The translations under genes were made by a program, and so were the position numbers. A DNA stretch of 64,000 nucleotides from an uncultured Spirochaetota bacterium (GTDB lineage: Bacteria; Spirochaetota; Brevinematia; Brevinematales; JAOACQ01), in assembly GCA_963783575.1 (NCBI GenBank), contig CAWAOD010000011.1:288001-352000 (forward strand), given 5' to 3'. The notes beneath the pieces are model-generated. The model had not been told where the DNA came from. It searched no databases and worked only from the letters and a program-made list of their open reading frames with translations. This document shows positions 49,115 through 60,045 of this stretch, in pieces (the first letter of the stretch is position 1; the number at the start of each line of letters is the position of its first letter).

Positions 49115-52100
49115 ATGATAAATATGATAAAAAAATACAGCTTGAGTAAAAAACCAAAAGTTAGCATTATAATTGCATCGTACAATCATGAAAAGTATAT
49201 AGAAGATGCAATTAATAGTGTTTTTAATCAGACATATCAGGATTTTGAGATTGTTATTGTTGATGATTGCTCTAAAGATAATTCAGTTAAAAAAATTCAG
49301 AAGTTTAAAGATAAAAGAATTAAACTTATTTGTTTGGATAGAAATGGAGGACAATTTGCTGCTACCAATAAGTGTATTGAAGAATCAAATGGTCAATATT
49401 TAGCTATATTGAACTCCGACGATAAATTTTGTTCAGAAAAGATTGAGAAGCAGGTAAAAGTATTAGATGATAATTCTAATATAAAAGCTGTTTTTACATT
49501 TGTTAGTTTTATTGATGAGGATGGGAATGTTGTAAAGGACAAGAAAGATACCTGGTTTGAGCAGCCAAATAGAACAAGATATGAATGGTTAAATCATTTT
49601 TTTTATTATGGTAATAAACTTTGTCATCCGAGTGTTCTTTTACGCAGGGAGTGTCATGATAAATTAGGTTATTATAAAGAATCTTTTAGTCAGATGGCAG
49701 ATTTTGATTTTTGGATAAAACTATGTTTAAACTATGAAATTTTCATTATACCAGAAGAATTAACAATGTTTAGAATCAGAGCAAATAATGCAAATAGAAG
49801 TAGTAACTCTTCTGAAACATTAAATAGAACATTATGGGAATATACAGATATTTTAAATAATTATTTATCGATAAAAACAATTAAAGAATTATTTACAATT
49901 TTTCCTGAAGCTAAAGATAAGTATCATCATATTAAAGATAAAAAGTTAATTTCTTTTATTATTTCTATGCTTGCTATAGAAGCAAATTACTATTCTACTT
50001 ATAAAAACGCATATTTGATATTTGTTATTAGAACTCTTTTTGCTTTATTAAATGATAATAAAATATCAAAAAAAATAGAAGAACAAACAAACTTCACATA
50101 TACAATTTTTTTTGATTTATTAAGTAAATGTGATATAACAAATATAGTAAAAGTATCTAATTTAGAAAAGCAAATCTATGACTTAGAAGTAAAACTATTA
50201 GGTACTGAACAACATTTAAAAGATGCTTATGAAGATTCAAAATCTAATTGGGATTATTCAAGAGTTTTAGAAAGTAAAATAAAACAACTTGAACAACAAA
50301 TGCATAATATTGTATCATCAAAAACATATCACTTTTTGGCTTTATTTAAAGAAGCTTTTCATAGCAAAAAGAAATTATTACTATTACCATTAAGAATATC
50401 CTGGTTTTTCGTTCCTGAAAAAATTAAAAATAAAACAAGAAAATCTGTATTTTATAAAAAATTAAGAGAATTTTTACTTGAAAAAAGATTTTTTAATCTT
50501 TTAAGTAAGAATGAAATTCAGATAAATATAACTTATAAAAAATGGGATTATTCTAAACCATTTATTAGCATAATCTTAGTCGCAAATAATATTAATGGAT
50601 TATCAAAGACCTTAAAAATGATTACAAATCAGACATTTAAAAATATAGAAATCAAAGTATTATTTAATGGAGCCATAGATCCTAATATAACAAAAATAAT
50701 TGAAGATTTTGATGATCATAGAATTAAGCTATTATTAAGATATAATCAAAGATTTTCAAATTGTGAAAATGAGGGAATAAGATCGTCATATGGTAAGTAT
50801 ATATATTGTAGTCATTTAAACGAAGAAATAAAACCGACTTTTATTGAAAAATGTATATTTATATTAGAAAATACAAATTATGATGTTTGTTATATTGATT
50901 TTTTTAAGTGCGGTTATACTTATAAAATGAATGAAAATATTAATAATGTTATTTCTTTATTGAAAGAAAAAAAATCGGTTTTTAAATCGGCTGTATTTAA
51001 AAAATTAATCTATACTAATGTTGGTGGATTTGATCAATCTCTGGATAATGGTTTTGAAGAATTGGATTTTTGGATAAGAATACTCAAATTAAATTATTTA
51101 TTTGAAAAGATTAATGACAATCAATTAATTATACTGGATAATTATTCATATGTAATAAATAACAATCAAAGAAATGAAATTTATGAGAATATAGTATGGA
51201 AAAAACACAAATCATTTTTTATTAATTATAAAAAGCAAGATATTAGAAAGCAAAATATTAAATTTATAATTCAAAATAATAATATAAATATGTTACAAAA
51301 TATGACAACAGATAATAATTATAAAATGCTAATTGCTATGCCATATATGGTAATTGGTGGTGCAGATACTGTTTTAATGCAAATTTCGAAATTTTTAATA
51401 AAAAATAATTTTGATCTAATATTTATTACTACCTTAAAGCATTCTGATAAAGAAGGTGATACTTCAAATGAATTTAAATCAATAACAAAAGAAGTATATG
51501 ATTTATGTGAGTTCTTAAATGATCATAATAAATGGAAAGATTTCATTTATTATCTAATAGAAACAAGGAAAATCAATTTAATTTTTATCATTGGATGTGA
51601 ATATATGTATAATTTACTTCCAGAAATTAAAATTAAATATCCTTATATTAAAATAGTTGATCAATTATATAATGAATTTGGTCACATAGCTAATAATAGA
51701 AAATATAAGCAATATATAGATATAAATTTTGTTGAAAACGAAAGAGTAGAATTTGTATTGGAAAATCAGTATTTAGAATTAAAAAGTAAAATTAAATTGA
51801 TACCGAATGGGGTTAATATTCATGAATTTATTCCCTATGTTAAAAATACTAAAAATGAATATTTATATAATAAATATAATATACCAAATAACAAATTTAT
51901 TATATCTTATTTTGGTAGGTTATCAGAAGAAAAATCACCAGATGTTTTTATTGAGTTAGTTAAAGAATTATATTACAATGAATACTTATTTTTTTTACTT
52001 TGTGGGAATGGACCTCTATTTAATATTATTGAGAAAAAAGTAAAAGAAAATAAATTAGGAGATAAGGTATTATTGTTAGGTTTTGTAAATACAATTGAAT

Positions 52101-52429
52101 TTTTAAAAATAACTAATGTTGTTGTAGTACCTTCAAAACTGGATGGAAGACCAAATATAGTATTAGAAAGTATGTCAATGGGTATTCCTGTTGTTGCATC
52201 ATCAGTAGGGGGATTACCTAAAATTATTAAGAATGAATACAATGGTTTCTTAAATCTAATCGGGGATATTAATGGGTTTAAAAAATCTATATTAAGTTTA
52301 TTTAATGATAAAAAATTGTATGATAAAATCTCAAAGAATTCCAGGCAGTATGCTTTAGAAAATTTAGATATAGAGATTATGTTCAAAAAGTATTTAGATA
52401 TATTATTACATTTAATAAAAGGTAATTAG
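49115..52429 (+). CDS. Multi-domain glycosyltransferase: GT2 - coiled coil - degenerate GT2 - GT4
   Basis: VSIIIASYN..NSDD; second GT2-like domain without a clear DxD; C-terminal IGGAD, IPNGV, GRLSEEK, DGRPNIVLESM. Confidence 0.88.
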   Translation: MINMIKKYSLSKKPKVSIIIASYNHEKYIEDAINSVFNQTYQDFEIVIVDDCSKDNSVKKIQKFKDKRIKLICLDRNGGQFAATNKCIEESNGQYLAILNSDDKFCSEKIEKQVKVLDDNSNIKAVFTFVSFIDEDGNVVKDKKDTWFEQPNRTRYEWLNHFFYYGNKLCHPSVLLRRECHDKLGYYKESFSQMADFDFWIKLCLNYEIFIIPEELTMFRIRANNANRSSNSSETLNRTLWEYTDILNNYLSIKTIKELFTIFPEAKDKYHHIKDKKLISFIISMLAIEANYYSTYKNAYLIFVIRTLFALLNDNKISKKIEEQTNFTYTIFFDLLSKCDITNIVKVSNLEKQIYDLEVKLLGTEQHLKDAYEDSKSNWDYSRVLESKIKQLEQQMHNIVSSKTYHFLALFKEAFHSKKKLLLLPLRISWFFVPEKIKNKTRKSVFYKKLREFLLEKRFFNLLSKNEIQINITYKKWDYSKPFISIILVANNINGLSKTLKMITNQTFKNIEIKVLFNGAIDPNITKIIEDFDDHRIKLLLRYNQRFSNCENEGIRSSYGKYIYCSHLNEEIKPTFIEKCIFILENTNYDVCYIDFFKCGYTYKMNENINNVISLLKEKKSVFKSAVFKKLIYTNVGGFDQSLDNGFEELDFWIRILKLNYLFEKINDNQLIILDNYSYVINNNQRNEIYENIVWKKHKSFFINYKKQDIRKQNIKFIIQNNNINMLQNMTTDNNYKMLIAMPYMVIGGADTVLMQISKFLIKNNFDLIFITTLKHSDKEGDTSNEFKSITKEVYDLCEFLNDHNKWKDFIYYLIETRKINLIFIIGCEYMYNLLPEIKIKYPYIKIVDQLYNEFGHIANNRKYKQYIDINFVENERVEFVLENQYLELKSKIKLIPNGVNIHEFIPYVKNTKNEYLYNKYNIPNNKFIISYFGRLSEEKSPDVFIELVKELYYNEYLFFLLCGNGPLFNIIEKKVKENKLGDKVLLLGFVNTIEFLKITNVVVVPSKLDGRPNIVLESMSMGIPVVASSVGGLPKIIKNEYNGFLNLIGDINGFKKSILSLFNDKKLYDKISKNSRQYALENLDIEIMFKKYLDILLHLIKGN

Positions 52430-52461
52430 AATAATGACTTAAGAATAAATAGGAGGATAAT

Positions 52462-53118
52462 ATGAAATGTAGATTGTTTATTATTGGTATGATGAATATA
52501 TCATTTTTACTATTATTTAGTTGTGCATCTAGAGTTGATTATATTCTATGGAATAAGTTAGGTAGTGACACTGAAGTTATAAAAAGTAAAATTGGTGTAA
52601 ATGGAGTTAGATTTGGTGGGGATTTTAAACCTGGTAAATTTGGTAATGGATTTTTAAGTAAACAAACTAATGAATATGTGCTATTCAAAAATGCAATTCC
52701 ATTAGAAGAAGGAACAATTGAGTGCTGGGTTAAACCTTACTGGGATGGAACAACAAATGGTACTACTAGATATGGTGTTTTTGGAGATAGCCAAGGAAGC
52801 CACTTTTATTTATATTGGTCACAAAAACCAAATAATTGCTGGATTTTTAGGGCTGGAAATGTAGAAATAGGATTCCCAGGTAGTTCGTCTCATAAGTCTA
52901 ATGATAATGTTCATTTAGCAATGGCTTGGTCAAAAAAAGTTTTGATAGGATATGTTAATGGAAAAGAAGTTGTTAGAACTCAGGCAGATATAAATTTAAA
53001 TCCCGTTGATTTAGAAATTGGAAGATTAGGTGGACAATTATTAACTTTTTATGGGGTTATTGATAATCTAAAAATCTATGATCATATAAAAACTAATTTT
53101 AATTTAATAAAAGAATAA
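52462..53118 (+). CDS. Lipoprotein with LamG/ConA-like lectin fold
   Basis: LLLFSC lipobox; GKFGNG, GTIECWVKP, HLAMAW, YVNG, GVIDNLKIYD. Confidence 0.8.
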   Translation: MKCRLFIIGMMNISFLLLFSCASRVDYILWNKLGSDTEVIKSKIGVNGVRFGGDFKPGKFGNGFLSKQTNEYVLFKNAIPLEEGTIECWVKPYWDGTTNGTTRYGVFGDSQGSHFYLYWSQKPNNCWIFRAGNVEIGFPGSSSHKSNDNVHLAMAWSKKVLIGYVNGKEVVRTQADINLNPVDLEIGRLGGQLLTFYGVIDNLKIYDHIKTNFNLIKE

Positions 53119-53190
53119 TTTATTACAATTTCAAAAAATATTTAAGAAATATAGTTTGGAATTGTTGTGTTCATTTTAAAGAATTTGATT

Positions 53191-53219
53191 TTGCATTATC
53201 TTTCTAAATCATTTAAAAT
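53191..53219 (+). promoter_or_regulatory. Possible sigma70 promoter for the GT-C module
   Basis: TTGCAT-N17-TAAAAT. Confidence 0.5.
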
Positions 53220-53255
53220 AGTGTTTTTTCATTAGAAGTATTATTGGAGTGAATA

Positions 53256-55400
53256 ATGTCTGTTAGTAATAAATCCATTGATATTAAAAATAATTTCTTG
53301 TTTTTCATGATTGTTATATTTAGTTTTATTATTATAATAATAAACTATATATGGTTAATTAACAATAAAACTCCTCCTCCTTGGGATCAAGCTTGGTATT
53401 TACAAACCTCGGAAATACTATATAAAAGTTGGACAAAGGGTGGTATAATTTCATTATTAGGCTCATTTTCTCAAGCAATGGGTATTAAAGCTCCATTATT
53501 ATCAATTCTTCCTCTCCCTTTTTATTTAATTTTTGGTAATTCTGAATTATCGGCAATGTATGTGAATATTGTTTTTTTCCTATTACTTTCAATTTATTTA
53601 TTTCTATTAGTTGAAGTTATTAGTAATAATAAAAAAATAGCATTTCTATCTGTTATTATTACTCAAACAATACCACAATTTTATGCTTTGAACCGTCAGT
53701 TCTTTGTAGAATATGGTTTAACTACTTTTGTAGTAATATTTATTTATTTCTTAATAAAAAGCGATATGTTTCAAAGTAAAAAGTTCAATTATGGGATTGG
53801 TATCATATTAGGTTTAGGTTTATTAATGAAAGTAAATTTTCCCATTTACATTGTAATGCCGGTATTGTGGGTTATATTTATTCGATATAAACAAAAAAAA
53901 GATATTTTTAGTTATAATTTTATAATTGAAATGTTTAGAATTTTATTTATAGGTACATTAATTTGTTCTATATGGTATATTAGAAATTTTAATACAGTAA
54001 TACCTTTTGCATTTTCTGCTGGCTTTGGAGAACTTGGTAAGTTATACGGTTCAAGTAATATATTTTCTCTTCAAGTAATAAGTGATTTTTATAAGCAAAT
54101 ATTTATAAATAATTTCAGCTTATATTATTTTATATTACTTATAATTTGTTGTTTATATTATATAATACATAAATTTATTTCTAAAGAAAGAAATAATAAA
54201 AACCAATTTAATTTAGTGCTTTTTTTATGGTTTATTTTTCCCTTAATAATAAATACTTTTACAACAAATCGTGACACAAGATATTTAATGCCTATATTTC
54301 CTGTATTATCTATATTTATGTCTTATATAATTTATTTAATGTTCAAGAATATTCATAAAGAGATTATATTTGTTTTATTGAGTTTTTCAATCATAACAAC
54401 ACCATTAATCTCAATGATACGAAACTCTTTTTATATTCAAGACAAAAATTTAGCAAATTCTTTATTACTACCAGATAAATCAATTTGGAAGTTGGATGAA
54501 ATTATTGAATATATATATAAAAGTATGATGAAAGATGGGTTATATTCATCATTAAATATTATTGCTGTTGAACATAAAATTTTGAATTACAATACCTTCC
54601 TTTATTTAACATCAATACAAAATTTGAATTATCCTGTTGAATTTAGTTCATTAGGTTATGCTGTTGACAATGTTGATCAAGCAATTAAAAATATTATAAA
54701 TTTGAATCCATATATGATATTATATGAAGAGGGAATTAGTGAAAATGAATTAGCTGTATTTTTAAATAAATGTAATTATGGTACTCGTCAAGCAATTGAT
54801 AATAAAGAGTTACCATACAAAAAAGATAATATATTTATGCTTCCAAATAATGTAAAAGCTATATTATATAAAAGAATGACTGTAATTGAAAAAAATTCTC
54901 TTAATGAATCATATGTTATTGAAAAGTATCCAATAATGCTATTAAATGAATTATCAAAAGCATTAAAAAAAAGTGAGAATGAAAGTTATATTTCTGAAAC
55001 AAGCTTTAATGTGAATAATGATATAAGGAATGTAATATTTGAACATCCTCCGGTAAATTCTGCTGAATATGCTGAAATAAAATGGAGAAATATTGTAATA
55101 AAAAATAATAGTTATTTAAAATTTGGTATCGTTATAAATCCTTCAACCTGGGAATATAAGAATGCGGATGGAGTTAGATTTATTATTGAAGTTAAAACAA
55201 TAAACATAGATAAAATAATTTTTGATAAATATATAGATCCAAGAAATAATACTAATGACAGGAAATGGTTTGATTATAAAATAGATTTAATTGAATTTGC
55301 GAACAAAAAAATCGAATTAATATTAAAAACTCAGAATGGCGGTAAAAATAATTACTATGACCATGCCGGGTGGAGCAATCCAATAATAGATGCTAAATAA
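53256..55400 (+). CDS. GT-C (ArnT/PMT-like) membrane glycosyltransferase with C-terminal soluble domain
   Basis: PPPWDQAWY after TM1, LGLGLLMK, WY..N, DTRYLMP; C-terminal beta-rich domain (DGVRF..., AGWSNP). Confidence 0.8.
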   Translation: MSVSNKSIDIKNNFLFFMIVIFSFIIIIINYIWLINNKTPPPWDQAWYLQTSEILYKSWTKGGIISLLGSFSQAMGIKAPLLSILPLPFYLIFGNSELSAMYVNIVFFLLLSIYLFLLVEVISNNKKIAFLSVIITQTIPQFYALNRQFFVEYGLTTFVVIFIYFLIKSDMFQSKKFNYGIGIILGLGLLMKVNFPIYIVMPVLWVIFIRYKQKKDIFSYNFIIEMFRILFIGTLICSIWYIRNFNTVIPFAFSAGFGELGKLYGSSNIFSLQVISDFYKQIFINNFSLYYFILLIICCLYYIIHKFISKERNNKNQFNLVLFLWFIFPLIINTFTTNRDTRYLMPIFPVLSIFMSYIIYLMFKNIHKEIIFVLLSFSIITTPLISMIRNSFYIQDKNLANSLLLPDKSIWKLDEIIEYIYKSMMKDGLYSSLNIIAVEHKILNYNTFLYLTSIQNLNYPVEFSSLGYAVDNVDQAIKNIINLNPYMILYEEGISENELAVFLNKCNYGTRQAIDNKELPYKKDNIFMLPNNVKAILYKRMTVIEKNSLNESYVIEKYPIMLLNELSKALKKSENESYISETSFNVNNDIRNVIFEHPPVNSAEYAEIKWRNIVIKNNSYLKFGIVINPSTWEYKNADGVRFIIEVKTINIDKIIFDKYIDPRNNTNDRKWFDYKIDLIEFANKKIELILKTQNGGKNNYYDHAGWSNPIIDAK

Positions 55401-55448
55401 ATTAGAATTAAATGTTCTTAAAAATAGATATCATTTGGAGAATAATTG

Positions 55449-56876
55449 ATGCAATTATCAGATAATAAACTAAATGTAATGAATTCTATAGATAAGTTAG
55501 CAGGTAAAAGGGATAGATGGATAAAAAGAAACAAATACTATTATGATAATATAATAAATTTTTTAAAATTTAATATTAGAGAAGAGAGTAGTGTTTTAGA
55601 AATAGGATGTGGTACTGGTTATTTATTAAATGGTTTGGATGTAAATAAAGGTGTTGGAATAGATGTTTCCAACGAAATGATAAAAATAGCGCAAGAAAAA
55701 TATCAACATTTAAGATTCATACAAATGGATGCTGAGAATATTGAATTAGATGAAAAATTTGATTTTATTATCATATCGGATACAGTGGGATATTTTGAGG
55801 ATGTGCAAAGAGTTTTTGAAATGATATTAAAGATTTCTCATCAGGATACAAGAATTATTATTACTTATCAAAATTTCTTATGGTTACCTATTTTTAATAT
55901 TGCGGAATTTTTAAATTTAAAAATGAAAACCAAAAAATTGAATTGGTTAAATTTAGATGATATTTCAAACTTATTACAGTTATCAAACTTTGATATAATA
56001 AAAAAAGGAAGACGTTTTTTATTACCGATATATATACCATTTATTTCCTGGTTATTTAATAAGTATATTTCACAGTTACCAATATTTAATTTATTTTGTA
56101 TAACTGAATATGTTATTGCGAGACCCCTATATTTATATCCATTGAATAATAAGTTATATAGTGTCAGCGTAATAATACCAGCTCGAAATGAAAAAGGTAA
56201 TATAGAAAACGCAGTCAAAAGAATACCTGATATGGGAAGACATACAGAAGTGATATTTGTGGAAGGTAATTCAATTGATGAAACATATGATGAAATAAAA
56301 CATATATGCGAGAAATATTCTTCAAAAATTGATTTGAAATATATTAAACAGGATGGTAAAGGTAAAGGAGATGCTGTTAGAAAAGGCTTTACTTTGGCTA
56401 CAGGTGATATTTTAATGATACTGGATGCGGACTTAACTGTTCCACCAGAAGACCTCACCAAATTTTATAATGCGATTACTACCGGAAAGGGTGAATATAT
56501 CAATGGTTCAAGACTAGTTTATCCAATGGAAAAAGAAGCTATGAGGCTTTTAAATATTTTAGGAAATAAATTTTTTTCAATCATGTTTTCTTGGCTATTA
56601 GGACAAAGATTAAAGGATACATTATGTGGTACTAAAGTTATTTCGAAAAAGAATTGGGATAAATTGGTAATAAATAGAAAATATTTTGGTGATTTTGATC
56701 CTTTTGGTGATTTTGATCTGATTTTCGGCGCATCAAAATTAAATCTAAAAATTGTTGAAGTTCCAATTCGTTATAAAGCCCGTGAATATGGTGATACTAA
56801 TATATCCCGTTTTAAACATGGCTGGCTACTATTAAAAATGGTATTATTTGCAATGGGAAAAATCAAATTTATATAA
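55449..56876 (+). CDS. SAM methyltransferase - GT2 glycosyltransferase fusion
   Basis: LEIGCGTG N-domain; VIIPARNEKGNI, LDADLTVPPE, DTLCGTK, DPFGDFDL. Confidence 0.88.
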   Translation: MQLSDNKLNVMNSIDKLAGKRDRWIKRNKYYYDNIINFLKFNIREESSVLEIGCGTGYLLNGLDVNKGVGIDVSNEMIKIAQEKYQHLRFIQMDAENIELDEKFDFIIISDTVGYFEDVQRVFEMILKISHQDTRIIITYQNFLWLPIFNIAEFLNLKMKTKKLNWLNLDDISNLLQLSNFDIIKKGRRFLLPIYIPFISWLFNKYISQLPIFNLFCITEYVIARPLYLYPLNNKLYSVSVIIPARNEKGNIENAVKRIPDMGRHTEVIFVEGNSIDETYDEIKHICEKYSSKIDLKYIKQDGKGKGDAVRKGFTLATGDILMILDADLTVPPEDLTKFYNAITTGKGEYINGSRLVYPMEKEAMRLLNILGNKFFSIMFSWLLGQRLKDTLCGTKVISKKNWDKLVINRKYFGDFDPFGDFDLIFGASKLNLKIVEVPIRYKAREYGDTNISRFKHGWLLLKMVLFAMGKIKFI

Positions 56877-56886
56877 TGAGGAATTA

Positions 56887-57249
56887 ATGTTTTATAAAAT
56901 TCTTTTATTTATTGGTGTTGGATGCAATGTAATCGCACAGTTTTCATTGAAAATTGGAATGAAGCAAATTGGTTTAGTAGAAATAAATTCTAGTATAATT
57001 TCGAAGTTAAAAACGATGTTATTCAATCTATTTTTTATCGGTGGTATACTCTTTTATGGATTAGGCTTTCTCCTTTATTCAATTGTATTATCAAAAATTG
57101 AACTTGGAAAGGCATACTCTGTAGCAAGTGTATCAGCAATTGTATTAATATTTATTATATCAGTTATATTTTTAAGTGAAACAGTAAATATGATGAAATT
57201 AATTGGTGTAATTTTATGTGTTATAGGTATATTTTTTATTTTTAAATAG
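56887..57249 (+). CDS. Small 4-TM SMR/EamA-like protein (ArnE/F-like flippase)
   Basis: AQFSLK.G, LSKIELGKAY, FLSE.V...KLIG pattern. Confidence 0.75.
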   Translation: MFYKILLFIGVGCNVIAQFSLKIGMKQIGLVEINSSIISKLKTMLFNLFFIGGILFYGLGFLLYSIVLSKIELGKAYSVASVSAIVLIFIISVIFLSETVNMMKLIGVILCVIGIFFIFK

Positions 57250-57258
57250 TAGGTTTAA

Positions 57259-57987
57259 ATGTCTATTGATAAGTTAATAAGTCATAAACATATTTGGAAT
57301 AAGAAAAAGATTATTAGGGTAATATATACTGAATGGTATCAAAAAATATTAAAAGATATAAAATCTGAAAATGGAAAAACATTAGAATTGGGAGCTGGTT
57401 CTGGCAATTTTAAAGAATTTAAACCAGAAACAATTTCAGCAGATATTGAAAAGTGTGATTGGTTGGATATGTGTTTTGATGCTCATGATATACCTTTTAA
57501 GGATAATAGTATATCAAATATAGTAATGATAGATGTTTTGCATCATTTATCTAATCCAATTAGATTCTTTAAAGAAGCTTATAGAGTTCTAGAAAGAAAT
57601 GGTAGAATAATCATAATAGAACCTTTTCCTTCTCCTATATCATTAATTGTTTATAGAATATTTCACCCGGAACCATTTATTTTTAATATCAATTATTTTA
57701 ATAAAAAGGAAATTAATGAAAAAGATTCATGGGATTCAAACCAGGCTATAGCATATCTTTTATTTTATAAATATTTTTATCATTTTTCAAAATTATTTGA
57801 TGATAAACTGATAACATTGAAAAGACAAAAAATGTGTTGCTTACTTTATCCATTATCAGGAGGTTTTGAGAATAAGCAATTAATACCAGACTTTTTAATA
57901 TCATTTTTTAATTTTCTTGAATATTTATTAATACCACTTCGCTGGTTGATGGCTTTTAGATGTTATATTTTATTACAAAAAAAATAA
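57259..57987 (+). CDS. Class I SAM-dependent methyltransferase
   Basis: LELGAGSG, DVLHH, IIEP, HPEP, YPLSGGF. Confidence 0.85.
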   Translation: MSIDKLISHKHIWNKKKIIRVIYTEWYQKILKDIKSENGKTLELGAGSGNFKEFKPETISADIEKCDWLDMCFDAHDIPFKDNSISNIVMIDVLHHLSNPIRFFKEAYRVLERNGRIIIIEPFPSPISLIVYRIFHPEPFIFNINYFNKKEINEKDSWDSNQAIAYLLFYKYFYHFSKLFDDKLITLKRQKMCCLLYPLSGGFENKQLIPDFLISFFNFLEYLLIPLRWLMAFRCYILLQKK

Positions 57988-58159
57988 ATCTTGAATCCTT
58001 AAGTTATTAGCAAAAAACAGATTACACCTTTATAATACATAGGTTTGTGAAACTGAAACTGATCACCCAGAGGATCTGGATTCCGGAGAAAGTTTATTTT
58101 CATAAATTTGTAAAAATGTGGAGATGTTTTAGACGTTGTCGAGAAATAAAAATCGCAAT

Positions 58160-58945
58160 GCTGGCGATGATAGACCGAGGACATACCGTCGGAAAGTGCG
58201 TAAGGATTATTTGAACTCAGTGAAGAACGAAAAAATCAGTTCGAATAAATTATCTCAGGCGATAAGAAACAGCTCAATTATGTGAGACGGGATTTAAAAT
58301 ACGGATAAAATTGATTTATCCAAAATGTCGGATAAGAAGTGTGAAGAATTGAAAGTGATCAAGAAAGTCTATGAACAGCAAAAAGAGATATTTGAAAAAG
58401 GGACGTACAGTATTGCCGGAAGAATAATAAGAATATCAAAGCCGCATATAAGGTCGATAGTCCGGGGTAATGCTGGAGCAAATGTGCAAAAGTATCCATT
58501 AGTATGTTCAACGGATATGTGTTCACTGATAAGATAAGCTGGGAAAATTTCAATGAAGGAACGATACTGAAGGATGAGGTTGAGAAATATCATAAGAGAT
58601 TTGGCTGCTATCCAAAATCAGTTATTGCAGAAAAAATATATCGGAACAGAGCCAATCAGGAATATTGCAAGGAAAGAGGTATATGGCTAAGTTGTTCTCC
58701 TCTGGGTAGAACGAAAATAGAAAAGTTTCAGTAAGAAACGCATTAGAAGGAGAATTTGGGGTTGGTAAAAGGAAATATGGGTTAAATCTTATAATGACAA
58801 AGCTTCCAAATACAAGTGAAACAGTAATAGCATTAAATTTCTTTTTATTAAACCTGGAAAAGAATCTTCGGCTTCTTTTACACCAAATGTTTTTATGGCT
58901 ATTTTTGATGTTTTGACTGTTCCGGTTTGCATGTAATTTTCAAAA
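58160..58945 (+). mobile_element. Decayed IS5-family transposase fragment (inverted relative to the copy at 62779-64000)
   Basis: DRPRTYRRK, RISKPHIRSIVRG, DKISWENFNEG, EGEFGVGKRKYGL segments broken by frameshifts; 3' flank matches 61410-61438. Confidence 0.9.
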
Positions 58946-59137
58946 AAAATAAAAAAGCGATAAAAAGACTAACAAGGCTGATAATCTTTAATTCTTAATT
59001 GAATTTCTCTATAAACTTAAAAATAAGGTATTTCATGTCTCTAAAGAAAAAAGTTTCCGAAAACCGTTATGGATGGAAACCCTTTGCATCAAATAAAAAG
59101 GTATGCGTTATTTCTCTTATTCATTATAAAGAAATTC

Positions 59138-59404
59138 ATGTCTAGGTGGCAAGGGTTGTTATCCGATAACGACAAGCTATTGCTTTCAAGTCTTCTCTGG
59201 GATACTGATGTGGAAAAAATTGATTTACTGAAAGACAAACATGCTATTATCGAAAGGATTTTGATGTATGGAAGGCCTGAGCATATTGAATGGATGTTGG
59301 AAAGATACACAGAAAAAGATTTGAAAAACGTGGTTAAAAAATCGAAAAATCTTGATAATAAAACATTAAATTACTGGGCAATACGGTTGAATATTTCTTT
59401 ATAG
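59138..59404 (+). CDS. DUF6922-like small protein (putative antitoxin)
   Basis: LLWDTD...D......IIERILMYG pattern; directly upstream of AbiEii; start uncertain (59069 possible). Confidence 0.7.
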   Translation: MSRWQGLLSDNDKLLLSSLLWDTDVEKIDLLKDKHAIIERILMYGRPEHIEWMLERYTEKDLKNVVKKSKNLDNKTLNYWAIRLNISL

Positions 59405-59412
59405 GAGACGGC

Positions 59413-60045
59413 ATGTATCTTGAAACTATTAGTAGTGAAATGGCTCTAATATTAAATAATTTTTCAAATATTCCCCTTATTTATACAAATTTTTATCTGG
59501 CCGGGGGAACCGGGCTGGCTCTTCATCTGGGACACCGTAAAAGCATTGATCTTGATTTTTTCTCTGAAAAAAAATTCAATTCGGAAATAATCACTTCAAC
59601 TCTTACTAAAATAAACGGTAAAATTACCTTTGCGGAAGAAGATACCGTTTACGCGGTGATGAGCGGAGTTAAAATATCGTTTATGCTTTATAACTACCCA
59701 ATTTTGAAGGATTTTATTTTATTCAATCAAATCAAAATAGCTGATATGGAAGATATTGTTTGCATGAAGGTAATAGCCATATCACAAAGAGCAGAAAAAA
59801 AAGATTTTTTCGATATGTTTGAAATATTAAAAATCATATCCCCTATTACAATAAAGGAATTGATCTTAAAAAAGTATGGTGAGAATAGAATCAATTGTTA
59901 TCATATATTAAAATCCTTATTTTATTTTAAAGACGCGGAAGATTCTGTCGAACCAATGAGTCTCAATAATACCCGATGGAAAGATGTAAAGGATTTTTTT
60001 ATAAAGAACGAAAAAACATTAAGAGAAGCCATGATGTACGGTTAA
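59413..60045 (+). CDS. AbiEii/AbiGii-family nucleotidyltransferase (type IV TA toxin)
   Basis: FYLAGGTGLALHLGHRKSIDLDFF, MK..AI.QR..KKDFFD. Confidence 0.88.
   Translation: MYLETISSEMALILNNFSNIPLIYTNFYLAGGTGLALHLGHRKSIDLDFFSEKKFNSEIITSTLTKINGKITFAEEDTVYAVMSGVKISFMLYNYPILKDFILFNQIKIADMEDIVCMKVIAISQRAEKKDFFDMFEILKIISPITIKELILKKYGENRINCYHILKSLFYFKDAEDSVEPMSLNNTRWKDVKDFFIKNEKTLREAMMYG

Noticed and set aside
49099..49115. Methyltransferase and downstream GT as one split gene
   Set aside because: Same frame, but two in-frame TAA codons separate them
57999..58184. 61-aa minus-strand ORF and GAAACT repeat next to the IS5 remnant
   Set aside because: No recognisable motif or RBS; likely junction debris
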